A DNA stretch of 35,237 nt from Bacteroidales bacterium (GTDB taxonomy: Bacteria > Bacteroidota > Bacteroidia > Bacteroidales > JAIORY01), in NCBI GenBank assembly GCA_030630005.1, contig DAOVNY010000002.1, positions 1 to 35,237 of the forward strand, given 5' to 3'. Position 1 is the first letter of the stretch, and each line of letters begins with the position of its first letter. Position numbers and translations under genes: made by a program. Shown here in pieces: positions 8,758 to 17,288 of this stretch. The notes below the pieces were generated by a model. That model ran no database searches and was not told the origin of the DNA. It saw only the letters and a list, made by a program, of their open reading frames with translations.

Positions 8758-10209
8758 ATGAAAAATCAATCAAACATTGCTTTTATCCTTGACGATAAAA
8801 TCGTTACGATTGACTTTTCTGAAGAGAAAAACCTCAAGCCTACAACAAGTGTTCTTGAATATATACGATTGCTACCGACAAAAAAAGGTGTTAAGGAAGG
8901 TTGCGGACAAGGAGATTGTGGTGCTTGTACAATTGTTCTTGGAGAATTAAATAATGAAAATGACATTTCATATAAAGCGGTTAATTCATGCCTCCTTCTT
9001 TTACCGATGATACACGGCAAGCAACTGATAACTATCGAAAATCTTGCTACAAAAAAAGATAACAATATAATTCTTCATCCCGTTCAACAAGCAGTTGTGG
9101 ACACAAATAGCAGTCAGTGTGGTTATTGTACACCGGGGATGGTGATGTCATTATTTGCTCTTTTTAAAAATTATAAAAATCCGTCAAGAGAAATTATTGA
9201 AGATGCCCTTAGCGGGAATCTTTGCCGTTGTACAGGTTATCAACCGCTTATTGAAACTGCACAAAATTCTTGTAAAGGACAAAAAGATACTTTTGAGAAA
9301 AACAAAAATCAAACTATTAATCTCCTAAAAAAGATCAATCAGAAAACAAAAACAATTTCAATTCATACTGAGGATGTTCATTATTTTCGTTCAACGAATC
9401 TTTTTGATACACTACAAATTCGTAAAGAAAATCCTGATGCAATACTTTTAAGTGGTGGCACCGATAGTTCACATAAAAAAATATCCGAAAAGCATAAACC
9501 ATTAAAGATTATTGACATTTCAAGTATTGACGATATTCAATATTTTACTGAAGACAATAATAATTTTTACATTGGCAACGGATTAAATCTTGAGAAACTG
9601 AGAACATTTGCAGCTTCAAAGCTTCCGGTTCTTGAAAATATTTTAAAAGTTTTCGGTTCCCTTCAAATCAGAAACCTTGCAACAATTGGCGGAAACATTG
9701 GCGGGGCTTCCCCTATCGGTGATCTTATTCCGGTATTATTTGCATTGAAAGCTAAAATTAAACTTCAGAGCAATTCAGGAAAAAGAATTACCGAAATTAA
9801 AGATTTCATAAAATCATATCGAAAAACCGATATTAAAACTGATGAAATTATTGAATCTATCATTATCCCAAAATCAGATAAAAATATTATTAAATCATAC
9901 AAAATATCAAAAAGAAAAAATCTTGATATTTCAACACTTTCCGGAGCTTTTAACATTTTACTTGATGATAAATCTTTTGTTAAAGAAATAATTCTTGCTT
10001 TTGGCGGAATGGCAGAAATAACAAAACGAGCAAGCAAAACCGAAGACTTCCTGTTAAAGAAAAAATGGGAAAGAAGAAATATTTATAAAGCTGTTGAAAT
10101 TTTAAAAAATGAATTTGAACCAATCTCGGATGCGAGATCAAATAAAGAGTTCCGAAGAATTGCCACAGGAAATTTATTAATAAAATTCTGGTCAGAAACC
10201 AATGAATAA
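8758..10209 (+). CDS. xdhA: Xanthine dehydrogenase small subunit, [2Fe-2S] plus FAD-binding domains
   Basis: 483 aa. Cys clusters GCGQGDCGACT and QCGYCTPG...CRCTGY, then FAD-domain LLSGGTD and ATIGGNIGGASPIGD, then a CO-dehydrogenase flavoprotein C-terminal-like tail. Confidence 0.9.
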   Translation: MKNQSNIAFILDDKIVTIDFSEEKNLKPTTSVLEYIRLLPTKKGVKEGCGQGDCGACTIVLGELNNENDISYKAVNSCLLLLPMIHGKQLITIENLATKKDNNIILHPVQQAVVDTNSSQCGYCTPGMVMSLFALFKNYKNPSREIIEDALSGNLCRCTGYQPLIETAQNSCKGQKDTFEKNKNQTINLLKKINQKTKTISIHTEDVHYFRSTNLFDTLQIRKENPDAILLSGGTDSSHKKISEKHKPLKIIDISSIDDIQYFTEDNNNFYIGNGLNLEKLRTFAASKLPVLENILKVFGSLQIRNLATIGGNIGGASPIGDLIPVLFALKAKIKLQSNSGKRITEIKDFIKSYRKTDIKTDEIIESIIIPKSDKNIIKSYKISKRKNLDISTLSGAFNILLDDKSFVKEIILAFGGMAEITKRASKTEDFLLKKKWERRNIYKAVEILKNEFEPISDARSNKEFRRIATGNLLIKFWSETNE

Positions 10210-12508
10210 AGTACAAGATAATAACGCAATTAAACACGTTACCGGAGAATCGGTTTATGTGAATGACATCGGTGTAAACGACAGGCTTTTGTACGGAAAG
10301 ATAGTTTACAGTCGTTTGCCTCACGCTATTATCAAATCTTATGACTTGTCGAAAGCACGTTCATTGCAAGGAGTTCATACAGTTTTGTGCAGCAAAGATA
10401 TCACCGGCAAAAATCAGATGGGACCTGTAGTTCAAGACGAACCTTGTCTTGCTGAGAGAGAAGTAAATTTTGCAGGACAAGCAATTTTTCTTATTGCCGC
10501 CGAAAATGAAGAGACCGCAAAAAAAGCTGAAGATCTTATTGAAATAGAATTTGAAGAACTGGAAAGTATTACCGATCTCAAAACTGCCATTCAAAAAGAT
10601 AATCTTCTTTTTGAGCCTCAAAAAATTGAAACAGGCAATGTTAAAAATGCTTTAAAAAACTCAAAACATCATTTATCAGGAAACTTTTTTACAGGAGCAC
10701 AAGAGCATTGGTATCTCGAAACACAGTCGTGTCTTGTCATTCCCGGCGAAGGAAAAGAAATAAAAATATTCAGCTCAACGCAACATCCTTCCGAAACTCA
10801 AAGTATAGTTGCCGGAGTTCTCGGAGTTAATAAAAATGAAGTAGAAGTGGAAGTCAGGCGTCTCGGCGGAGCATTCGGCGGAAAAGAAACCCAGGGAAAC
10901 CATTATGCTGCATGGTCTGCATTGCTTGCAAATGCTACGGATAGTCCGGTAAAAATTCATCTTTCGAGAAATGATGATCAACTGACAACAGGGAAAAGAC
11001 ATCCGTTTTTATCAAATTATATTGTTGGCTTTGATGATAATGGAATTATTAATGCACTTGATGTGGAAATGAATTGTGATGCCGGATCGTCAAATGATCT
11101 TACTTATGCGATTTTGGCAAGAGCTTTATTCCACATAGACAACAGCTATTTTATCCCGAATTTAAAGGTAATCGGAAAAGCTTATAAAACGAACCTGCCT
11201 TCTAACACTGCTTTTCGTGGATTTGGCGGACCACAGGGAATGGCAGTTATAGAAAATATTATCGATAGTATTGCAAGATATCTTCAACTTGATGCAACTG
11301 AGATCAGGTATAGAAATTTCTATCAGATAAATAAAAATAATATCACACATTACGGTCAAAAGATTGAAAACAATCGGCTTTTCAAAATTTATGATGAAAT
11401 AATTGAGTCTTCTAATTATTTTGAAAGACGAAAACAGATCACAGAATTTAATTCAAAAAATGAGTTTTTTAAAAAGGGAATTGCCCTTACTCCCGTTAAA
11501 TTTGGTATCTCTTTTACAACTTCATTTCTGAATCAGGCAGGAGCATTGGTGCATATTTATAAAGATGGCACAGTTCAAGTTAATCACGGCGGAATTGAAA
11601 TGGGTCAGGGATTGAATACCAAAATTTTAGGAATTGCTTCAGATGAATTTGGTATCAATTCCGATGACATTAAAGTTACGTCAACTAATACCTCAAAAGT
11701 GCCGAACACTTCAGCAACAGCAGCATCTTCGGGTAGCGACCTTAATGGGATGGCTGTAAAAAATGCTATTGATAAATTAAAAAAGCGACTTGTTGAAATT
11801 GCATATAAAAGCATTCAGAAAAAAAGTAAAGAAAATAAAATAAGCAAAAAGGACATTATTTTTAAAAATGATTATGTTTTTGATAAAAACTTTAATGATA
11901 TAAAAATTTCCTTTAAGGAATTGATAAACACCTCCTATCTTAATCAGATAAGCCTAAGTGCAACAGGATTTTACAGCACTCCGGGGATTCATTTCGACAA
12001 GAAAAAAGCTAAAGGAAAACCTTTTTATTATTTTGCTTTCGGGATGTCGGTTTCAGAAGTTCAAATTGACACGCTCACGGGAGCACATAAAATTTTAAGA
12101 ACAGATATTTTGCATGATGCCGGAAATCCATTAAACGAAGAAATTGACATTGGACAGATAGAAGGAGGATTTATTCAGGGAGTTGGATGGTGCACCACCG
12201 AAGAGATAAAATGGGATAAAAACGGAAAACTTCTGACTTTTTCACCCGATACCTATAAAATTCCTCTAATTACTGATATCCCAAAAGATTTCAGAGTAAA
12301 ACTATTAAAAGACGCACCAAACATAAATGTAATTAAAAAAAGTAAGGCAGTCGGGGAACCTCCGTTTATGCACTGTTTTTCGGTTTGGCTTGCAATAAAA
12401 GATGCTATTTCTTCAGTTGGAGATCATAAAATTGAACCCGAACTTTCAATTCCGGCTACTAACGAAAAAATTGTGATGGCAGTTGAAAAGGTTAAGGAGG
12501 ATTTATGA
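10202..12508 (+). CDS. xdhB: Xanthine dehydrogenase molybdopterin-binding large subunit
   Basis: 768 aa. GGAFGGKETQ, AFRGFGGPQG and KAVGEPPF carry the Glu/Arg/Glu positions characteristic of xanthine-type hydroxylases. Overlaps xdhA by 8 nt (ATGAATAA). Confidence 0.9.
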   Translation: MNKVQDNNAIKHVTGESVYVNDIGVNDRLLYGKIVYSRLPHAIIKSYDLSKARSLQGVHTVLCSKDITGKNQMGPVVQDEPCLAEREVNFAGQAIFLIAAENEETAKKAEDLIEIEFEELESITDLKTAIQKDNLLFEPQKIETGNVKNALKNSKHHLSGNFFTGAQEHWYLETQSCLVIPGEGKEIKIFSSTQHPSETQSIVAGVLGVNKNEVEVEVRRLGGAFGGKETQGNHYAAWSALLANATDSPVKIHLSRNDDQLTTGKRHPFLSNYIVGFDDNGIINALDVEMNCDAGSSNDLTYAILARALFHIDNSYFIPNLKVIGKAYKTNLPSNTAFRGFGGPQGMAVIENIIDSIARYLQLDATEIRYRNFYQINKNNITHYGQKIENNRLFKIYDEIIESSNYFERRKQITEFNSKNEFFKKGIALTPVKFGISFTTSFLNQAGALVHIYKDGTVQVNHGGIEMGQGLNTKILGIASDEFGINSDDIKVTSTNTSKVPNTSATAASSGSDLNGMAVKNAIDKLKKRLVEIAYKSIQKKSKENKISKKDIIFKNDYVFDKNFNDIKISFKELINTSYLNQISLSATGFYSTPGIHFDKKKAKGKPFYYFAFGMSVSEVQIDTLTGAHKILRTDILHDAGNPLNEEIDIGQIEGGFIQGVGWCTTEEIKWDKNGKLLTFSPDTYKIPLITDIPKDFRVKLLKDAPNINVIKKSKAVGEPPFMHCFSVWLAIKDAISSVGDHKIEPELSIPATNEKIVMAVEKVKEDL

Positions 12509-12569
12509 TTTATGATTTTAGATTTTGAATTTATAACTACTCAGCCAATATAAAATGTTAAAAATAAAT

Positions 12570-12597
12570 ATTTGCCACAGATTCACAGATTTAAAAT
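12570..12597. repeat. Copy B of the ~28-nt motif ATTTGCCACAGATTCACAGATTTAAAAT
   Basis: atttgccacagattcacagatttaaaat ends 14 nt upstream of the NTPase ATG. It matches 5742-5770. Confidence 0.6.
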
Positions 12598-12610
12598 AAA
12601 TTAATTTTAA

Positions 12611-13147
12611 ATGTCAAACAATCAATTATTTATAATCACCGGAGAAAAGGGACGGGGAAAAACCAATCTGTTAATTGAGCTTATCAAAATTCTTCAAAAT
12701 AAAAATATTAGTCTTTCGGGATTTTATGCAAAAGGATTTTGGAGAAATAATAAACGCTCTGCATTTGATCTGGTAAACATTAAAACAGGAAAGAGTATTC
12801 CGCTTTGTAAATCTCAGAAAACTGAAAGATGGGAAAAATATTTTAGTTTTTATTTTAATTCTGAGGCTTTGAAAGTAGGAAATCAAATTTTGAATCCTCA
12901 AAACATAAACACTTCCGACCTTGTAATAATTGATGAAATCGGCAAACTTGATATCAATGGAGAAATCTGGCACGACGCTGTTTCAAAACTTATCTCTGAA
13001 ACAAATATTCCTATGCTGTGGGTAGTTAGGAAAACTTTTGTTGAGGAAATTATTAATTATTGGGAAATGACAGATGTTACAATTTTTGAAGTCGGGAAAG
13101 ATGATGCAAAAACTATCTCTGGAAAGATTATCAGTTTAAATAAATAG
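12611..13147 (+). CDS. Small P-loop NTPase (THEP1/NTPase_1- or DUF2478-like)
   Basis: 178 aa. Walker A ITGEKGRGKTNLL and Walker B LVIIDEIGKLD (the hhhhDEIGkhE pattern of THEP1-type NTPases). Confidence 0.65.
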   Translation: MSNNQLFIITGEKGRGKTNLLIELIKILQNKNISLSGFYAKGFWRNNKRSAFDLVNIKTGKSIPLCKSQKTERWEKYFSFYFNSEALKVGNQILNPQNINTSDLVIIDEIGKLDINGEIWHDAVSKLISETNIPMLWVVRKTFVEEIINYWEMTDVTIFEVGKDDAKTISGKIISLNK

Positions 13148-13176
13148 TACACTGATTGTATAGTACACTGATTGTT
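13145..13176 (+). repeat. Tandem duplication of a 16-mer, tagtacactgattgt(a/t), starting at the NTPase stop codon
   Basis: 13145-13160 and 13161-13176 are identical at 15 of 16 positions. 13239-13248 (cagtgtacta) is the reverse complement of the first 10 nt and abuts the mocA stop codon. Confidence 0.8.
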
Positions 13177-13177
13177 A

Positions 13178-13222
13178 TGATTTTTATGATTAGTTATGAT
13201 TTAATTTTTATCATAAAAATCA
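13178..13222. terminator. AT-rich hairpin between convergent genes, a candidate bidirectional terminator
   Basis: tgatttttatgat (13178-13190) is perfectly complementary to atcataaaaatca (13210-13222), with a 19-nt loop. It is nested inside the outer tagtacactg/cagtgtacta inverted repeat. Confidence 0.4.
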
Positions 13223-13248
13223 GTTGAATCAGTCTAACCAGTGTACTA

Positions 13249-13869
13249 TTAAAAATCAGTGCACCATTTATTCAGTTCCATATACTCTTTTTCAGAATTA
13301 ATATTAACAAGAATTCTTTCATTATCAACTTCAACAATTTTCTTTTCAAATCCTTTCAGGAAATCTCTAAAATTCAAATCATTTTTTTCTTCGGAGATAA
13401 TATTTTTAATAATCTTTTCAGAAAGTAAAATCGGATGCCCGCCTTTGTTTTTGAATACCGGAACAACAAAATTTGATTCAGAAATTTCACAAAACAAACT
13501 ATTGAGAACATTCAAATTTACAAATGGATTATCAACATTATGAATAAATACAGGATGATAATTATTCAAATTTTTCAATCCTAATTTTATTGAATAAAAA
13601 CGTTCCCACTCAAGATGTTGATTGATTACAACTTTAATCTCATCAGATAGTTTAATATTTTTTTGATCTAAAACAGAGACTCCTTCCTTATTCAAAACAA
13701 CAAGAATTTCCTTGCATCCAAAGGCTTTGTATTTATTAATAATTTCTTCAAGAAAAGTAACCTTATCACTAAATTTAAGCGCAAATTTCGGCATTCCCAT
13801 CCTACTCGAATATCCGGCAGCAAGAATAACAACTGAACAAGATTTAATATTTTTCGATCTTTCGTGCAT
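13249..13869 (-). CDS. mocA: MobA-like NTP transferase, likely molybdenum cofactor cytidylyltransferase
   Basis: 206 aa. N-terminal VVILAAGYSSRMGMPKFAL is the MocA/MobA nucleotide-binding motif. It sits divergent to ygfK, as mocA (ygfJ) does in E. coli. Confidence 0.8.
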   Translation of the reverse strand: MHERSKNIKSCSVVILAAGYSSRMGMPKFALKFSDKVTFLEEIINKYKAFGCKEILVVLNKEGVSVLDQKNIKLSDEIKVVINQHLEWERFYSIKLGLKNLNNYHPVFIHNVDNPFVNLNVLNSLFCEISESNFVVPVFKNKGGHPILLSEKIIKNIISEEKNDLNFRDFLKGFEKKIVEVDNERILVNINSEKEYMELNKWCTDF

Positions 13870-13945
13870 AGATTACAAAGATAGCACCAATTATGGAAAG
13901 ACAGTAATGCTTGATTTTTTATACTTTTGTAAAAACAATATAAAT

Positions 13946-16900
13946 ATGTCAGATAAATTCTCAATTATACCTCTAAGACAATTATTGCAAATTATTCTCA
14001 GTCAAATAGAAATACATAATAGTTTTTTTGGCATTCAGGAAGAATTGTTTTTCAAACCTAACATTAATGATTCTTTCCGTTTAAATCTTTTCGGACAAAG
14101 TTTGGAAAGCCCGATTGGTGTGGCAGCAGGACCACACAGTCAACTTACTCAAAACATTGTTGCAGCATGGCTTTGCGGAGCCCGTTTTATTGAATTAAAA
14201 ACCATTCAAACACTTGACGAACTGGAAATATCCAAACCTTGTATCGACATGCAGGATGAGGGATATAATTGCGAATGGTCACAGGAATTGAAAATTGAAC
14301 AATCATTCGATCAATATCTTAATGCATGGATCATCATTCACATTTTAAAAGACAAATTAAAAATTGGCAATAAAAATGACGCCGGAGTAATATTTAATAT
14401 GAGCGTAGGATATGATTATGCAGGCATATTAAATAAAAATGTGCAATGGTTTTTTGATAAAATGAATGACTCATCAACAGAGTTAAAACAGAAAATTGAA
14501 GAAATAAAAGACATTTATCCAAACATTGTTAATCTTGATATCAATCCGCAAATTTCAAATAATGTTACTCTTCCGACTATGCACGGCTGTCCGCCGGAAG
14601 AGATTGAACAAATTGGCAATTATCTGATTACAGAAAAAAAATTACATACAGCTATCAAATTAAATCCTACTTTATTAGGAAAAGAAGAACTCCAAAAAAT
14701 TTTACTCAATTCCGGTTTTGAAACAATAGTCCCTGATATTGTTTTTGAGCATGATTTAAAATATAAAGACGCTGTAGGAATCATCAAACGACTTAAACAA
14801 AAAGCCGAAGAAAACAATCTTTATTTCAGTTTAAAACTTACAAACACTCTTGAGAGCCTGAATTATAAAGACATTTTCCCTTCCGGTGAAAAAATGATGT
14901 ATGCCAGTGGCAGAATACTTCATCCAATTTCAATTAATCTCGCAAAAAAGCTACAAAATGAATTTTCAGGGAAACTAAATATTTCATTTTCCGGTGGTGC
15001 CGATGCTTTTAATATTTCAAATATTATTTCATCAGGATTATTTCCAGTTACGGTTTGCACTGATATTTTGAAACCCGGCGGTTATGGAAAACTTAATCAA
15101 TATATTGAAAAACTCCGTTCAGAATTTTCTATAAATAATAATCTTTATGGAAATAATAATCTAAAGAATTTAAATCAATATGCAAACAATGTGTTGGCAG
15201 ACAAGAGGTATAAAAAAATATTGCTCAGGGATAAAAGTATTAAAACAAACAAGCAACTAAATTCTTTCGATTGTATTTCAGCACCATGTGTTGACACCTG
15301 CCCTACAAATCAAAATATTCCGGATTATATGTACCACACAGCAAACGGAGATTTCGAAAAAGCTTTTGATATTATCATGCAAACTAATCCTTTCCCAAAT
15401 ACAACCGGAATGGTTTGCGATCATCTTTGTCAGACAAAATGTACACGAATAAATTATGACAACCCGCTTCAGATAAGAGAAATAAAAAGATTTATTGCTG
15501 AAAATGCAACTAATTCGAAAACAGCTCAGACCAACAATATTAAATCTGAAAAAGCATTTAAAGTTGGAATAATCGGAGCAGGACCATCAGGATTATCTTG
15601 TGCATGGTTTTTGAAAGCAGCAAGATTTGAAGTTGATGTTTATGAAGCAAAACAAAAGCCCGGAGGCATGATTTCAGGAGCAATTCCTTCTTTCAGAATA
15701 ACAGACGAAGCAATTGATATTGACATTGAGAGGATTGAAAAAGCAGGAGTAAAAATTCATTTCGGAGTAAAAATCAATAAAGAAAATTTTGACCGGTTAA
15801 GAAAAAAATGCGACTTTTTATATATTGCAGCCGGAGCTCAAAAAGTTAAAGAAGTATTTATTGAAGGACAAAATGCTGAAGGAGTTTTGAATCCTCTGGA
15901 GTTTTTATTTCAGGTAAAAAAACAAAAATCAATAAAAATCGGACAAAATATTTTAATACTCGGAGGTGGAAACACAGCGATAGACACAGCTCGTACAGCA
16001 AAACGCTTAGTTAGTAAAAACGGTAATGTTCAAATAATTTACCGCCGAACATTAAAACAAATGCCCGCCGATTACAATGAAATAATTTCAGTTTTAGATG
16101 AAGGAGTAAAAATTATGGAATTGGTTTCTCCGGTAAAAATCAACTCAAAGAATGGTAAAATAATTTCTCTTACTTGTGTAAAAATGAAACTTGGTGATAA
16201 AGATGAAAGTGGAAGGGCAACGCCTGTAATTATACCAAATTCAGAATTTGAAATTGAAGCTGATACAATAATTCCGGCTTTTGGACAGGATATTGATATT
16301 GATTTCATCGACCACGAACTTCTCACACCAAAAGCTGAAAGCTACGAAACTCAAATATCAAATATATTTATAGGTGGTGATGCTTTGCGAGGTGGATCAA
16401 CTGTAATTAATGCTGTTGCAGATGGAAGAAAAACAGCAAATGAAATTATTGAGAAAACTGAAATTGATATTCAATATAATAAAATCATCAATAAAAAAGA
16501 CATCTCTATAAAAGAGCTTATGCTAAAGAAAAGTAAAATTATAATATCTGAATCTTCACATAATTCTCCTGAAATTGATTCCATTAGTTTTATTAATACC
16601 TCAAAATCATTAACAAAAGAACAGGCAGTAAAAGAAGCATCAAGATGTTTACTTTGTGATGAAGTTTGTAATATTTGCACAACGGTTTGCCCGAATCTTG
16701 CACTTTTTGCTTTTGAGACTGAAACTGTAAAATATCATCTTCAAAAAATAAAAGCTAATAATAAAAACATCGAAATTGTAGAAGATGAGTTATTTGAAGT
16801 AAATCAGAAACATCAAATTCTTCACCTTGCCGACTGGTGTAATGAGTGTGGAAATTGCACAACTTTTTGCCCGACATCAGGTTCACCTTATAAAGAAAAA

Positions 16901-17215
16901 CCTCATTTGTACTTTAACTACAGTTCCTTTGAACCGGCTGATGAAGGATATTATTTTGATAATTCAGAAAAAGAAATAATTCTATTAAACAAAACAAAAG
17001 AGCAAATATCAAGTTTGACAAAAGGCGATAATTATTATATTTATCAAATTGATAAATATAAGATAAAATTAGATTTAAAAACTCTAAGAATTATCAATCA
17101 TAATATTGAAGAAAAAGATAACTTTGAAATCAAATTAACAAAAGCTGCTGAGATGAGTGTAATAATGCAGGGAACATCGCAACTTATAATAAATGAAAGT
17201 TCTACTATGAATTAA
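13946..17215 (+). CDS. ygfK: YgfK-type multidomain Fe-S/FAD oxidoreductase (DHOD/DPD-like barrel, GltD-like NAD(P)/FAD domain, ferredoxin clusters)
   Basis: Collinear with E. coli YgfK as I remember it: IGVAAGPHSQLTQNIVAAWLCGARFIELKTIQ, MHGCPPEEIE, LKPGGYGKL, CDHLCQ..CTR, VGIIGAGPSGLSCA, NTAIDTAR, CNECGNCTTFCP. Start set at the ATG at 13946; the ORF-track start at 13712 overlaps mocA. Confidence 0.9.
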   Translation: MSDKFSIIPLRQLLQIILSQIEIHNSFFGIQEELFFKPNINDSFRLNLFGQSLESPIGVAAGPHSQLTQNIVAAWLCGARFIELKTIQTLDELEISKPCIDMQDEGYNCEWSQELKIEQSFDQYLNAWIIIHILKDKLKIGNKNDAGVIFNMSVGYDYAGILNKNVQWFFDKMNDSSTELKQKIEEIKDIYPNIVNLDINPQISNNVTLPTMHGCPPEEIEQIGNYLITEKKLHTAIKLNPTLLGKEELQKILLNSGFETIVPDIVFEHDLKYKDAVGIIKRLKQKAEENNLYFSLKLTNTLESLNYKDIFPSGEKMMYASGRILHPISINLAKKLQNEFSGKLNISFSGGADAFNISNIISSGLFPVTVCTDILKPGGYGKLNQYIEKLRSEFSINNNLYGNNNLKNLNQYANNVLADKRYKKILLRDKSIKTNKQLNSFDCISAPCVDTCPTNQNIPDYMYHTANGDFEKAFDIIMQTNPFPNTTGMVCDHLCQTKCTRINYDNPLQIREIKRFIAENATNSKTAQTNNIKSEKAFKVGIIGAGPSGLSCAWFLKAARFEVDVYEAKQKPGGMISGAIPSFRITDEAIDIDIERIEKAGVKIHFGVKINKENFDRLRKKCDFLYIAAGAQKVKEVFIEGQNAEGVLNPLEFLFQVKKQKSIKIGQNILILGGGNTAIDTARTAKRLVSKNGNVQIIYRRTLKQMPADYNEIISVLDEGVKIMELVSPVKINSKNGKIISLTCVKMKLGDKDESGRATPVIIPNSEFEIEADTIIPAFGQDIDIDFIDHELLTPKAESYETQISNIFIGGDALRGGSTVINAVADGRKTANEIIEKTEIDIQYNKIINKKDISIKELMLKKSKIIISESSHNSPEIDSISFINTSKSLTKEQAVKEASRCLLCDEVCNICTTVCPNLALFAFETETVKYHLQKIKANNKNIEIVEDELFEVNQKHQILHLADWCNECGNCTTFCPTSGSPYKEKPHLYFNYSSFEPADEGYYFDNSEKEIILLNKTKEQISSLTKGDNYYIYQIDKYKIKLDLKTLRIINHNIEEKDNFEIKLTKAAEMSVIMQGTSQLIINESSTMN

Positions 17216-17283
17216 TGATTGGATGATTGGATGATTGAATGATTGAATGATTGAATGATAAAATGCGTAAATGATAAAATAAA
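17213..17283 (+). repeat. Tandem array of 9 units of the same 8-nt family, filling the whole ygfK-to-PLP-gene spacer
   Basis: ttaatga ttggatga ttggatga ttgaatga ttgaatga ttgaatga taaaatgc gtaaatga taaaataa. The first unit contains the ygfK stop codon, and the array ends 5 nt before the next ATG. Confidence 0.85.
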
Positions 17284-17288
17284 ATTAT

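Noticed and set aside
12495-12528. AGGAGG followed by a 7-codon mini-ORF (ATG at 12505, MIYDFRF) overlapping the xdhB stop
   Set aside because: The AGGAGG is simply the KEDL codons at the end of xdhB. Genes in this window otherwise lack Shine-Dalgarno sequences, and the mini-ORF lies in repeat-like sequence. There is no support for translation.
13712-13945. 5' extension of the ygfK ORF (the ORF track starts at 13712), which would overlap the mocA coding region in antisense
   Set aside because: Similarity to YgfK begins right after the ATG at 13946 (MSDKFSIIPLRQLL). The upstream 78 codons are low-complexity and lie opposite the well-supported MocA N-terminus.
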